Source of the DNA: Convolutriloba macropyga
Taxonomy: Eukaryota
Length of the DNA stretch: 64,000 bases
NCBI RefSeq assembly: GCF_964194025.1
Contig: NC_134468.1
Span: 930,001-994,000, forward strand
Direction of reading: 5' to 3'
Shown: positions 1 through 13,229 of the stretch, in pieces
Layout: each line of letters starts with the position of its first letter
Position numbering within the stretch: position 1 is the stretch's first letter
Notes under the pieces: model-generated
What the model saw: the letters and a program-made list of their open reading frames with translations, nothing else
Told to the model about the DNA's origin: nothing
Database searches by the model: none
Position numbers and translations under genes: made by a program

Positions 1-2283
1 AGTTTTTTACTCAAAATTATGTGGTCGCTTTTAATTTTAAAACTATTTGATTTTCAGATAAACAATGGCTTTCTGTAAAACAATTATTTTCTTCTAATTA
101 GGTCATTTTTTAGCTTAGTATCAGCAATAAAATGCTTATTTTTTCTACTGAATTTAAATTTAGTCTTTATTTCGGTTTTATGCGTTAAGTTAGGGTTTTC
201 TGGCTTTGATGCTACCAGACTTCTCAAATTTTTTTTTGTATTTTAGCATTTGCCCATATTCACTGATTGCACTCGTGAACATTTTTAACAGTTCACATAA
301 CATTACTGGCGTTTAAAAAAGGCATAACTTAATCTATCGAAATCTATAAAACTACAGATTGTGGTTTCAACGGCTTCGACACCACTTTCTCGAAGAATTA
401 AATTGTTTTTTTTTTACTTTTGTCTTTTGCTTTCGTTTTCACTTTGTCTTCTAGTCGTATAATTTTTTGTGCAAACTGACTGGTCTTTAAATGAAATTTT
501 AGATGACATTATATTCTGATTTGAGCTGAAAGTTGATGGTTTTCTTGACCTGGAATCCAGTTGTTTAAAAAAACTTTATAGCCTCGCATTTGTTCTTTTT
601 TTTGTGTATTTGTTCGTTATTCTCGTTGATTAAAGTTCTTATATGACAATATTGGCGTTCAAAGAAGGTGCAGATGTGCTAAAAATCTAAAGATATCAAA
701 GAGTTTGTTTTGGCTTTGCTGGCTTCGTCACGGGTTTTTCGCAGAAAACAGTATATTGTTTTTTTTTACTTTTGTCTATATTTGACGTCTTTTTTTGTAA
801 CCGTAGGACATAAATTGAATAATTAAAGGTCTCAATTTTTTGGAGTAATAAAAAATCTATTTAATTTTGTCATTTGGTAGCCAATAGCTCTCATGACTTT
901 AAAAAAAAGCATCCGAAAAAAAATATATATTTTTTTATTTTACACCTTTTTCTATTTTTGTCAGCTTTTTACATTCTCTCGTTAATGAGAGGTCGCATAA
1001 CACATAAATGCTATTAAAATAAGACGCTTCCGAACATATTTTGCCGGGGAAAAATATAGCTTTACGCTTCGACGGTGTTTTCTTGCAGGTTTCAATTGAG
1101 TTTTCGTTTGTTGTCTCTAATTGTTGCTCTTTTTGTAGCCTCAAAAATTTTCAATAGAGACAAGTCTTAAGGCCCTCCTACATAGGAATTGGTGATAATA
1201 AAACATTTGGATATTTTCAGCTGATATCTAATATCTTTTTGGTTTGAAATTAATTGTTTTTAAAAATATAAGCGAATATAAATTCTCTAATATTTTAAAA
1301 AACATTTATTTCCAATAATGAAAGCCATTAGATATCCGAGCCTTATTATCTGTTGGTCCCATGTTTTTTCTAGTAAAATACAAGTTATTTTGTTCAGTTT
1401 CAGTTTTATCGGACGCTATCTTGACTTTGTTATTAAATTTTTTTTAAAAAAATGGACACAAACTTTTGGACGTAATTAATGTTTGTGGCTGTTGTTTGAT
1501 TTTGTTGTCCTTCTTGCCTCGCTTTCTTAATAATGGCAGATCTCATCAATCTAACGAGGCTTTTTTGACTCCTCTGAAGTATTTGCGTTGGAGGCGATAT
1601 CTTTGTTGATGCCCCAATTATTAAAAAAAAAGAATGTTTGGGGGTTTTCTTTCTGTTCCTCATTTGGTAGACATTTATGCCAAAATGCGGATGAGCGGGG
1701 TCGGAACTTTATGTGCGAACGCATATTACCGAGCCTCCTTGCTGCTTACGTTTATGGGTAACAGTTTGATTTGTTTTTTGCTTTCGGGTTCCATTTGGCG
1801 CTATCGTGAACCGGAGCCGACATTTCAAATAAGAAAATTACAGCTTCATTTAAACAACTGTGGAGAAATGTTAACCCATAAATAATAACTGATAATCACG
1901 AAATGAATTATTTGAGAACTTCACATCAAATTGATTAGGTTCAAGCAGACAAGCAGAGAGCAGTCTGCCGAGCTTTTATATCTCGTGGGACCTGATGTGA
2001 AATAAAATAAGTGTGTTTCTGCGTAATCGCAGCGGAGCAGCATTAGGCTTTCAGTATAAAGTGAATTAACAGTAGCCTGTTCTCAGCTGTCCTTTTTCAA
2101 TTGTTCCCCACATCTCAGACTGTTCATTTGGTGAGCATGAATGCTCTTTTTTGGTGACTATGGACACTTTTTTTGCATCTGACACTTTCAACTGTTACCA
2201 TAATTGCAGCCAACATTGGTCAGGCTATGGTCAACCTGAAGCTATGGTTAAGAAAGAGCTCATCCTCACACAGACAGCTTCAA

Positions 2284-2349
2284 GGAGGCAGGGGATTGAA
2301 CTCTCAATCATTGGCGTGTGAACCACACACCTTACCTCTCGGCTATGGC
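2284..2349 (-). mobile_element. tRNA-derived SINE head or tRNA pseudogene
   Basis: Minus strand reads GCCATAGCCGAGAGGTAAGG...GAGAGTTCAATCCCC, giving an A-box-like TAGCCGAGAGG and a B-box-like GAGTTCAATCCC at tRNA spacing. No clean cloverleaf. Confidence 0.4.
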
Positions 2350-3358
2350 AAAGGAACACATGTTTACCTTACTCAGATCATTCGTTTTACAATAAAGAGA
2401 TGTTCATATATTTGGCAGTAGTAATACTTCAGCAAAGAAAGTACTTCCACATTTATGGCTCTAATATTTCTTAGTCGTCTTAAGTAGAACGTCAATTAGT
2501 TCTTGGTATAATCCTAAGTAATCGAAGTTCATTGCTAAAAACGAGAAGAAACTGCAAAAAATCTTATCACAAATTAAGAATAGAAAAGAGTTTGAGAGAA
2601 GAAAAGGCGAAAGAACAAAATATGTCTGGTAAAAAATCCGCTCAAATAAAACGAAAAAAGAGTGATTCGAGTTTATATCATCAGAGGTCCAGAAAAATAT
2701 TCTAGTCATTTTTAAGTAATTGATTTTGCACAACTAATTTAAAAAAAGATAGCCGAAAATTTAAAATAACTCGCAAACGAAACTGTCATTTTGCCGTGTC
2801 AATAAAATGAAAATCAATTATCGAAAGCGAGCAAGATAAAACAAGCAATAATAGCATACATGGATCATTTATGAGAAATTCCCATCAAAACGCAACAAAC
2901 AATTCAAAAAAAGGACAGTCAAAGTTCAACGAAAATAAAGTTGCGCATTGATAATTTCGAGCAAATTTGGCTACTCACTTTTAGACAGCAAAAAACTCAT
3001 TCATCTTAATATGATATGACAATAAAAACGATATCAATTTTTTAGAAAACCAAAATTCATTGCTTTTCTAAACGAAAAAAAATATTCGACAAGGACTGCC
3101 CCAACTTTAGTTTAAATGTAGAATTTCAAAAATAAAAAATCGCTTCAACATTGTGAGGCGTCAAAAATTAGTCCTTAAAGCTATAACTTTACTGTTTACT
3201 AGCTGCGAAGTTGCAAGTCTGAGCTTAGGTCATTATCTTGTTCATTTTTGCTTTGTATTGAGGCTCATTTATGACTTACATGTCTTATTTCAAACTAGAA
3301 AATTTTTTCATCTTTTCACGACATTCCTCAACTGATTACAATAGGGCGACGTAATTTA

Positions 3359-3534
3359 TTGCACTCATTAGCAGTGAACTTATAACTCAATTGGTTGAAA
3401 AATTTTAATCACTAATCTAATTAACTCTCTAACATTACTTCAAAAAGTCTTTATTCAAAAAGTCCACAATTAACATAACAAAACGAAAAATATTGACAAA
3501 AAATTGGCTATAAACTCACTGCTAATGAGTGCAA
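3359..3534. mobile_element. MITE-like element (~176 bp)
   Basis: Perfect 19-bp inverted repeat TTGCACTCATTAGCAGTGA (3359-3377) / TCACTGCTAATGAGTGCAA (3516-3534), extending imperfectly inward. Non-coding interior. Confidence 0.6.
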
Positions 3535-6289
3535 CATTTGATATCAGATGCAGACTGTCATAGAAACATTGACCAAGTTGCTACTGAAGAATGAGTTAAC
3601 TCTCTCTCACTCACTCTAAGTAACATTGAGCACAATTATTAAGATTTTTTGAGAGGTCTAAATCCGCAGAGGTCAATTGAGCAGTTTTATATAAGGCAAG
3701 TACTACTAAAAATATTTCACTGGATACGCTTTTCCATTCAAATTTCTAAAATTTTTGTTTCATCGATTGCACCGGGGTAGGTTTTTCTCAATGCAGTGGC
3801 AACTTTTTAAAATCAATTCTGTATCTGTTGTATATTCTACGGACGGAGCGAAACTATTCGGCTGCGCTTTGTAGATTTTGCAGCCTAAGTTTTCAGAGCT
3901 ACAATAGCTTTAAGGCTTTTTTCCAAAAATGTCAAATTTTCTCAGCAAAATGGGAATTCAAAAATCCTTTTGCAGAAAATGTTACGGTGCAAGCGCTATC
4001 AAATAATAACGGTCACTTGTCTAAAATTATTTACATTTGAGGTCTCAAAAATGACAGTAATAAAGATTAAATAAAAATTACAGGGCTACTGTATTACAGA
4101 GGGCTCAACTGGATTTGGCTCTATGGTAGGCATTGGGCTCAATTGGAGGCGTCTTTCCACCTGCCAAATTTGTGAAAGTATAATTTTGCAATTTTGAGAT
4201 CCCCGCTATCTTTGTTAGATTAAACGTTACCCAGTAACTCTATATGGAGATGTCTGATAACTCTTGGTTTAAAATCTAATTTAAAGAAAATTCATTTTCG
4301 ATATAGGTGATTATTAAGAAAAAATTACCCACGTTTTCTAAGTTCGCTTTAACTGGCTCATAGGAATTCTCTAATACTCCATCCATTGAGTTTGATATTT
4401 TGAGATTTCATGGAGTAATTTTTGATTCTGGAGACAAATTAAATGGTCTTACAATGCTAACACAAATTTTGCTGAAGTTATTTTGTACAGATTTCATAAA
4501 ATGAACACATTTTCTGTTATTTTTCACAATAAATAGCTGTTTTGAAGAAAATCGTTGCATTAAGACAGATCAATAACATTTCAATTTTTCAAATAAAACA
4601 AATCCTCACTCAAATTATAGTCTTGAGTTCATTAAAATTGGCTTTTGTTCATTTTGAAACTCAGAGATGTCCTGATATTCTGCCGTCGTGTCAATAAACT
4701 TCGATTAAACTTGGCAATGGTTCGACCCAATATCATTGGCTTGTTTCATTCAAAATTAACTTTTGTTCTGACCTCAAGTAATGCGGAAAGGAACCCTAGA
4801 CTGGCTTTCTCTTTAGCCCATTTCAACACATTAAAATTATTCCAAGACGATTCATTTTATAGTATCAACAAGGCGGCTCTTTAATCTGCGTTCGCACATG
4901 ATGTTCCGACCCAAGCTCATCTACTTTTTTGACTTAATTGTCAACCAAATGAAGAAATAACAAAAATAGATGTTTGAGATTAAAAAAATCGTTACACAAC
5001 GTATCTACTAATTGAATTACATAATGCCATGCCTTATTACAGCGCCAATGAGATCTGACCTTAGTAGTCTACGAGACAAAAAACACCAAAAAAATTAGCA
5101 AAAACAAAAACATCACGGCAAAAACTGAATATCTAAATTTAAAAGCACATAACGTCAAAATAAAGTCAAATAAAACCTCAACTACTCAAATTTAATTTCT
5201 AATAACTACACAGCTGACGGAAAGCTTTCCTAATGAGACTATGTTACAAGTCAACAAAGAGTACGATCAATGAGGCGAAATTCAAAAAATCAAAATTTTT
5301 GAAACCAAGAAATTACAAGTCTTAAAAATCATTAGCGTTTAACTAGATAATCCTCGATAAATTACTAAAAAAATACTACAAAACCAACAGGCCTTGTTTT
5401 TGGGTAGTTTTTCCCTAAGAAACGAACTAAAGAAAATACTAAAAAATTAGAAACGATTTGTCAAAACACAAACTATTGCTGCCAATAAAATCATTAGCTA
5501 TTATCTGAATATTATATCTTTTTATTTCAATTCTTATTTCTACTAATTCAGCTGCAGCAGGAAATATACTGAGGAACTATATAAGTTTATTTGGGCCACA
5601 TTTGAAAACCTTTGGATCTGTTATTACGCGATTGTGCTGAAAGAAGAGAAAAAGAAGCGCAAAAATTGACCACTCAAAAAACGTTTATAAAAACGCATAT
5701 TGTCCAACAAACCGAGCATCGGTGACAAAAAATCAGTAGATATGTTAATTTTTTGGAATACAACAAATTGGATGTGACCTCTCATTGATGAAAATAAGTT
5801 GACGAATTTGACGAAAAGAACAACAAAAACTGAAAAGTTTGAAAATTGTTTGAAAATGTATATCACAAATTTTAATACTAAAGGCTATAAACTGACTAAC
5901 TGATTCGATGAACATCATTAATTCAATCCTCAATTACAAGCCTAAGTGACTTGTCAGCTATTTAGAGCTACCTAAACAACAAAAACAGGCAAAAACAGCA
6001 ATATCAGGAAAAAAAATTGAGCGAGAAAAGTGTCGAAAGCATTAAAAAACGAACTTTTCACTAAATACCACTAAATACTTTTCTATTTTCAATTAATTTT
6101 TAACAGCAACAGTATTCTTCTTTTTTATCAACATATTTTGAAAAAGTCAATTGTGAACAATTATATTAGAACCATGAAAATTTTCAGAAAACTCGTATCA
6201 ACGCCATTAATTTCATTTCATTATTTTTCAACGAAATGCACTAAATACGCCAAATTACGCCTGCATGCGACGAAAAGTTTGTTGGCCAT

Positions 6290-7820
6290 TCATATTTGTT
6301 CAATAAGACCTTACAACAGGTTGTTGAAGATGAAAACAGACAACAAACAAAAGTTCAGAAGAAAAGTGCCAGAAGAAAGTGTCGCAGCAATTTAAATCAT
6401 AAGTTCATCTCTGAAATTTTTATATGATCCGTTGAAACTCTTGCCTAAACTAATGGGAGTTATTAGTATTAAGACAATGTGATAAGATTTCAAAGGATCC
6501 CAGAATAAGAAAAAGTACAAAAAATTTTTCAAAAAAAAACAAGAAAACTAGGGGGCAATGAAGAACTAATGGGTAGAAGATAAAACCGCTAACCAGATTA
6601 TTTTTGGCTGCATTAGAAGTGAAAAAAAAATCTTTAAAGTACTAAGGCTGACTAACAGTTTAGGATCGGTTAATGTTCAAAAAATTTTCGAAATACTTTT
6701 TTTTAAGGCTTAACAGCCATTAAACTCAAAAGCTTTTAACGGGGGTCAAAAGCTACGCTCAAAAATAACAAGATTGCAGGAAAAAATGTTTGTCTTGCAT
6801 AGATAATCAAAAAGAGATCACAACATGTAATATGACTATGAAAACAACAACAAAATCAGGCAAAGACCAAAAATTCAGTAGAGAAGTGCGAGAAGAAATA
6901 TTCCAAGCCATTTAAACCTTTAGTTTTTCTCTGGAAACTTTATCTGTGATCCACTGAATGTCTTTTCCAAGCCAATGGGATTAGAATAATATTTGGATAA
7001 TAGGTATAACATTTGGATAATGTGATAGGAGTTCAAAAGTAACCGATAAAACGAAAATTTCCAATTTTATTTTTTTATTTTGAATTCTTGTGTTATTAAA
7101 GTCTTATAATCAATAGTTAGAAGATAAAACCACCAACGAAATTTATTTTCGTTTCAGTAGAAAGCAATTGGGTTCCCTCAATACTGAGACTGACTGACAG
7201 TTCAAGAAAATTTTAAGATTGTTTAATGTTCAAAAAAATTTTTCGAAAAATTATTTTTAAATACTTAACAGCCATTAAATTCATTAAATTTCAACGGAAG
7301 TCAATAAATACGCTCACATATGCTTCAATAGGAGTATGGGGATGTTTGTTTTTCATAGGTGATCAATAAGACATCACAACAAGTCTTATGACTATGAAAA
7401 CAACAACAAAATCACGCAAAAACCAAAAATTCAATAGAGAAGTGAGAGAAGAAAAGGTCGAAGACATTTGAAACCATAAGTTTTTCTCTGAAAAATTTAT
7501 CTGTGATCCATTGAACGTCTTTTGGAAGACAACAGGAGCTGTCAATTTTAGTATAATGTGATAAGATTTCAAAAGTAACCAATAATACGGAACTATCCAA
7601 AAAAAATTTGAAAAGTTTTTGAAATGTTTTGTCATTGATGTCATATTACTAAAAGTTAGAAGATAAAACCGCCAGCTAGATCATATTTGATTACAGTAGG
7701 ACAGAAGAGGGTGCTGTCATCACAGAGACTGACATACAGTTCACGATAATAAGTTTATGATTGTTTAATGTTCGAAAAAATTTTCGAAAAATTATTTTTA
7801 AAGTCTTAACATCCATTAGC
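6290..7820. repeat. Three diverged tandem copies of a ~520-555 bp unit
   Basis: Recurring blocks (AAGTGC.AGAAGAAA, GATCC..TGAA, AGAAGATAAAACC, AATGTTC.AAAAAA.TTTTCGAAA, TTAACA.CCATTA) near 6360/6885/7440, 6580/7120/7660 and 6675/7228/7770. Confidence 0.7.
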
Positions 7821-9881
7821 TGTTACCCACTCGAAGCACTAAATATGCTCAGTTAAATCTCATTACGGAACATATTGAAATGTTAGTCAATGAGACCATG
7901 CCATAGGGCTCCAAAATATTAGTAAAACCCAAAAAGAAATTCAAAATTTCATTTAAAATTACGAAAACTCAGAGTCGAATTTAAAAAAATCATGAGCAAT
8001 TCCTTGAAAACAATTTATTTTGTTCATTGGTCTTCTTTTTACTGTAAAAAAGGTTTGTCATTAACGGAAACTCAATATGAAATGTGATTTATCTCTAGAT
8101 GACTTTAAAAAGCAAAAAAGTAGAAAATTTTATAAAAAAGAGCTCTCAAATAGATTTCGAACTTTTTTGATATTGAAGCTCCCTATGAGACCAGAACTAG
8201 TCTTTTTTTATTGCCTTTAGTCATTTAGGAACACGAAATTGGTTCACTTTTTGGCAAGAATTTTAAGTTTCAAATACTATTTTTATAGATAATATCTTAA
8301 TATGAAGAAAAATCACACTAATTGTGAACAAATAACCCGTGTTCACACAAAACTTCAATCCTCGATAACTCCTCGAAAAAAACCGAAAATCAAAAAAATC
8401 TTTTTAATTTTGAATTCTACACTGGACCAGCTTTTTAATGATACCACTCACATTTCTCTGCGATGAATATATCGATCGGCCAAAATTGACTGAACAAAAA
8501 AAAACCATTTGAGTATATAGTTCCTCCCCCCCCCACAAGTGGGGTGGGAACAATTAAAAGCAAGTGCAGAGTGTTTGCAGAGACAATTTATAGACGCGTT
8601 CAATTTCCTGGGATGATGTGGCGATTAGAAAAACTACGTTTTCCCTCAGTATCCAGGGAAAACTCATTCGAATTCAAAATAAATTTTTAATATTATTCAG
8701 GTGAAAAATTTAGATTTCAACAATTCAATCGTGGCTTCATGGTTAGACAGTAGTTTTTCGCTAAACTCATACAGTTTTCTTCTAGAAATTTTTCATCGAT
8801 CATTTTTGCTTTTTTCCTGCATTTTCCTACTTTGTCTACTTACTGATAATCTAACGGACAATAAATGTCAGTAGCGCGCGAGTTTCTCTTGCAATCCGTC
8901 TTTTCTAATTTGTCTGTCAACTAACGCTACTCTTCAAATTTGGTTTTGTTACGCGAACATGCAATTGTTTCCCTTGTTTGAAGGTGGCTGCAAGAAAATT
9001 GTCGTTTAGCTGTCTTCGACAATACCTTTTTCTTCAAAAAGATAGTTTGATCTGTATTTCGTTCTGTTTTGTTTTATTATTTCAGCGTTTTTAAATGTGT
9101 AATTCCTAAAAATGTATAAAAATTCTTAGTTTTGAACACAGTTCTTCCCACTTTTGCTCGAAATTTAACCCCTCCAGTTTTTCTGTTTTATCCAGAATAT
9201 AATATTTTGAAGATATTTTTCTCTGTTTTTTCCTTTATTTCACGGCACAACCTACCACAATCTTGGGTCACAGAGGGCACCATTAATTGGTTTGCATTTA
9301 CGGAAAATATCACAATTTAATCTTGTTTTTTTGAAAACATTATACCTTTCTTGACACTCATAGTCAAAATACAAAGTTCAGCTGTTGAGAACATCGGTTG
9401 AACTTTTCCAGCAAAAGTTGATAGAAATTGTAAGATGTGAATTTGGCTATTTAAAAGCCCGTCAATTTTCCACTCCCAATCAATAGCTTTTCAAATTTTG
9501 CGATTAATTCAAATCATTTGAGCCGCTGAATACAGATGACTTTAATTAATTAGGGGTGAACTAATTAAAATCTGATAGAATTCAAATGCACGCGCTATTT
9601 CTAAGTTTATGCGGAGATTGTTTCCTTTTTGTGGCAGAAAAAAAACTAGCTAACGTGATCAATAAAATTTACTGATGACTAGATTGTGTATTAAGACGAA
9701 GGAACAGTATTACCCAATTTTGGGTACAAAATCATTATTGAGACAATAGCCGTCAGTGGTTTGCTAAACTCAAATAAGTAAACAGAAAACAATTGAGGAG
9801 AGGGGGGGGGGGCTAAAGGAAACAGACCCGAAGAATGGTTTAATGATAGATTTTCGAAAAAGAATATGAGAGTTGATGAGT

Positions 9882-11663
9882 CTACTTTGACAGAATGTCT
9901 AACTGAAGGACACGTGTGGGGGGTACTTCTAATTCCTGGTTCACTTTGGAGTTTATATACTGGTTCAACAGCAGTCTCAGTTCTGCATTCTGTTGTCTCA
10001 GACTGTCAGTGTCACTGATCAGCTTGCTTCTCTCTTTCAGAATGGAGCAATATTTCTCTTCAGCCGTCACCAGTGACGTCAGCAGTTTTTCACGCTCCAC
10101 TGAAACTATATCAGCCAATTGTCGCCAATAGTCACTGTCTTTTGAATCGTCTCTTTCTTCTAAAGTCTGCAGTGATTTAAAAATGCTTTGCTGCTGGTTG
10201 ACCTGAAGTTTTCGGTTTTCTTGAATGAATTTTCGCAGAGCCTTAACAACGTCGTTTTGCTTAATCAGAATTTCATCAAAACGCTGGTTTGCTGAATTTT
10301 GTCCTTCAATGATTCGAGCCACTTCTTCGTCGGGGTCTTGATTAGACTCTGATCTAGGCGTCACGTTGTATTTGATAAAGTATGATGCAAGCTTGTTTAT
10401 GTCAGATTCTGTATCGACGCCTAAAGCCTGGAAAATTGCATCCAGTCGCATCAGACTTTGGTCATCGTCATCTAATGGCTTCAACAATTGCTTCAATTTT
10501 GATTCCATTAGGAACCCGGATTCGTCAGTTAACAATGTCAGGATCCTTTGGATTATAACTGGATCTACATCTGGAATCTCGCCAGTTGCAGGGTCGTTTG
10601 GTATCGCAAGTTCGTCCGAGAGACCTTCAGCTTCGGGTCCCGACGGCGGTAAAACTGACGAGTCTTGCTGTTCGCCCGTGACGTCAGTTCCACTGGCTCC
10701 CATAGCCGAATGAGCGCCCAGAATTTCACGTGCAAACTCGACCGCTGTTTTCTCTGTTTTAAGTTTCTCAACTTTCATAATTGGTCCTCGGTTCTGCAGA
10801 GCTGAAGTGTTCGGTTGAAGATACTCTTGACCTAAATGCTGTTCGGCAATAAGTTGGTCGGCGCTTAATAGTTTAAATGCTTTAGAATGGCACATTTCTT
10901 CTTTCATAAGCCACAAGTCCCGAAATTTTTTGAAATCAGCCTCTTGGAAAATCTTCACCTTCTTCTGCAAGTCCTTGAATTGTTCACAAATTTTCTTGTA
11001 TTCCTCCATTAGAGAAACATTTCCTTTTTTGGTATCTTTTTCCTGGTCGTTTAGTTTTGATTTGAGATTATTGAGGACATCCTGAAGCTTTGTTATTTTC
11101 CTCTTCTGTTGATTTTTGGTGATGGTGTTTTCGTCATCACGCTTTTTCAGAACCTGGAAATTGTACTCCAGTTTTTCTTGATTCAGCTGGTAGGTAGCCT
11201 TCATCTGCTGGACCTGCTGTTCCAAAATTTGAACGTCAGTTTCCATTTTGATTTTCACCGAATTATAATCCTCGGCGTCTTTGACACGAAGTTCCTGCAA
11301 AACTCTCTCGTTGTCTTCCATTTTCGTCTGTCTGTTATCCAAATAATTCTCTTCTTTGTCTTGTTTGTTTTTCATCAAATTGTCGAATTTGTTGTTGCTG
11401 TTCTGCAGAAGTTCTTTTCGTTCTGAGACAAATGCCTTCTCGACCTGCATCAATTCTTCGCGGTGAGTTTTGGTAAGATTCTTGATTTGATCTTCCATTC
11501 TCTCAACCATTAAGTCGATATCTTCAGCCTGCTTTTTCAGGTCTTTCACGTACTGATCGTCTTTCGTTTTAAGCTCCTCTTGAAACTCTTTGATCAGTTT
11601 ATTTTTCTCTTCTATCATTGCGTCGCATGCCGACTTTTGTTGCATTAGAAGGTCGTGTAGGTC
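9882..11663 (-). CDS. DRC1: Dynein regulatory complex protein 1 (CCDC164), coding exon 2 (last)
   Basis: Long coiled-coil ORF with DRC1-type motifs (LEQQVQQMKATYQLNQEKLEYNFQVLKKRDDEN; QQNAELRLLLNQYINSKVNQELEVPPT). Acceptor TTTTTTAG|GAC at 11665/11663 is phase 0 and in frame with exon 1; joined product ~732 aa. Confidence 0.93.
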   Translation of the reverse strand, partial: DLHDLLMQQKSACDAMIEEKNKLIKEFQEELKTKDDQYVKDLKKQAEDIDLMVERMEDQIKNLTKTHREELMQVEKAFVSERKELLQNSNNKFDNLMKNKQDKEENYLDNRQTKMEDNERVLQELRVKDAEDYNSVKIKMETDVQILEQQVQQMKATYQLNQEKLEYNFQVLKKRDDENTITKNQQKRKITKLQDVLNNLKSKLNDQEKDTKKGNVSLMEEYKKICEQFKDLQKKVKIFQEADFKKFRDLWLMKEEMCHSKAFKLLSADQLIAEQHLGQEYLQPNTSALQNRGPIMKVEKLKTEKTAVEFAREILGAHSAMGASGTDVTGEQQDSSVLPPSGPEAEGLSDELAIPNDPATGEIPDVDPVIIQRILTLLTDESGFLMESKLKQLLKPLDDDDQSLMRLDAIFQALGVDTESDINKLASYFIKYNVTPRSESNQDPDEEVARIIEGQNSANQRFDEILIKQNDVVKALRKFIQENRKLQVNQQQSIFKSLQTLEERDDSKDSDYWRQLADIVSVEREKLLTSLVTAEEKYCSILKERSKLISDTDSLRQQNAELRLLLNQYINSKVNQELEVPPTRVLQLDILSK

Positions 11664-11908
11664 CTAAAAAAGTGAATGACTGAACCATAAGTCGACTTTT
11701 GATATTCGCCTCAAAAATGAAACAATACAGGTAAACTTGACAATTAAATAGTGCTTTTTAGTAAGGAAATGAGGGCAGTCGTGGCAAACCTTTACAAAGA
11801 ATCTTGATCACTGTGAACACTTAATAGAAGGTAGCAACCAAGGTCATCGATGGACATAACGGCAATAATATATAGTATTCTGCACGAAAACAAACAACGC
11901 CCTAAACA

Positions 11909-11909
11909 A

Positions 11910-11961
<52 letters not shown>
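11909..11961. repeat. (CT)n microsatellite
   Basis: Direct inspection. Confidence 0.95.
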
Positions 11962-11963
<2 letters not shown>

Positions 11964-13229
11964 GCAAAGGAACAAATATCTCCAGCCTGCAGCCTAACAA
12001 AAACGGTAGGAAAGGAGTAAGAGCCTTGAAACCCTTTAAAAGCAGGATAAAAACAAGTTTACTCTCAAAAAGAAAGCTTTTCAAACTTTCAAAGTGACCT
12101 TATAAACGTAAAGTTCACTGTTGCTGTTGTTGCAGCTGTTGCATAGAACTGCAATTCGTGGGTAACTTTGGAGGGATATTGCCGATTATTGCCATTTTTC
12201 ACTGGTTCCTTAGTTGCATTGGTATAATAATAAAAATAGATATATTACTAGAGTGACTACCTATCCATAACTCACTTGTGGTGCGGCGAGCTTTTTGGAT
12301 CTACACCATGATGAATGAAATGCGGTCCCCGGGTTAGGGGGACTAGGAGGGGCATCGTCAACATAGGGGAAAGGGGCAAAGAAGGTAGATTTTTCTGTGC
12401 AGTGTGGTCGTGGGACTGATAGTATTAAGACCAGCCAGTTAGCTACCTCTACTGGACTCTTTAGGTCCATTGTAATCTCACTGCAGTTGAAAATGTGATT
12501 TTCGTCATGCAGTGCTAATTCTCATTTTGGACAGCAGTTAACAACATTGGTACAAATCCTACTAAAGTAGGTGTTCAGCAGGCGCAGCATCCAGTTTTCA
12601 ATAGTGCCAATCGGATGACGTGGAATTCGTGGCAGCGTCTGTTTTTCTGCTATCTTTGGTGGAGGTTTGTCTAGTTATTTGACGTCTTTGTTCCGCTGAG
12701 AAAGGACCATGTGTCGGTGAAAGTTTTTGAGAGCAATTTTGTATTCTTTGCGATTTATTTGCTCTTTATTGTTGATGTGTTGTTTCACGCAGTCGCTACA
12801 AGTATCATTTAGTGTCGATCTGATGGGACAAAAACAGGTTTTAGGTATTGTTTTGTGATCTGCACAGTGTCTCTGGTAACTGCCGGCCATGAATTGCTGC
12901 GCTAACGGTTCTGTGTAACAGGTAGTATTATTTCAACGTCATTGAGTAAGTCATGGATGTCAGACATTTTCACACAGCCAGTAAGTGTGCGAAGAGCAAC
13001 GTTTTCTGGTGTTTGCAGGTGGTTACAGTTTGTATTGCTGATTGTGGAAGCCCAAACGGGAGTACCGTATTTCATGACGCTCCGACCGACAGCCTTGTCC
13101 CTGAGAATGTCTCTTTGGTGCAGCCCCGGTGGCTACAGCAATCCTTTTCTGTATGTTATCGAGCTTTTGCAGTTTCTCTTTGGTGCTCTCTTTCAGTTTG
13201 TCTTTTTGTAGTTTCTGTTTCAGGCAAGC

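Noticed and set aside
1985-2010. Hammerhead ribozyme core (CTGATGTGAAA)
   Set aside because: It lacks the CUGANGA plus stem II arrangement and flanking helices.
1-9800. Short ORFs in the AT-rich left region, and antisense ORFs over DRC1, the LINEs and BEL
   Set aside because: Low-complexity or shadow frames with no recognisable motifs or splice-consistent structure.
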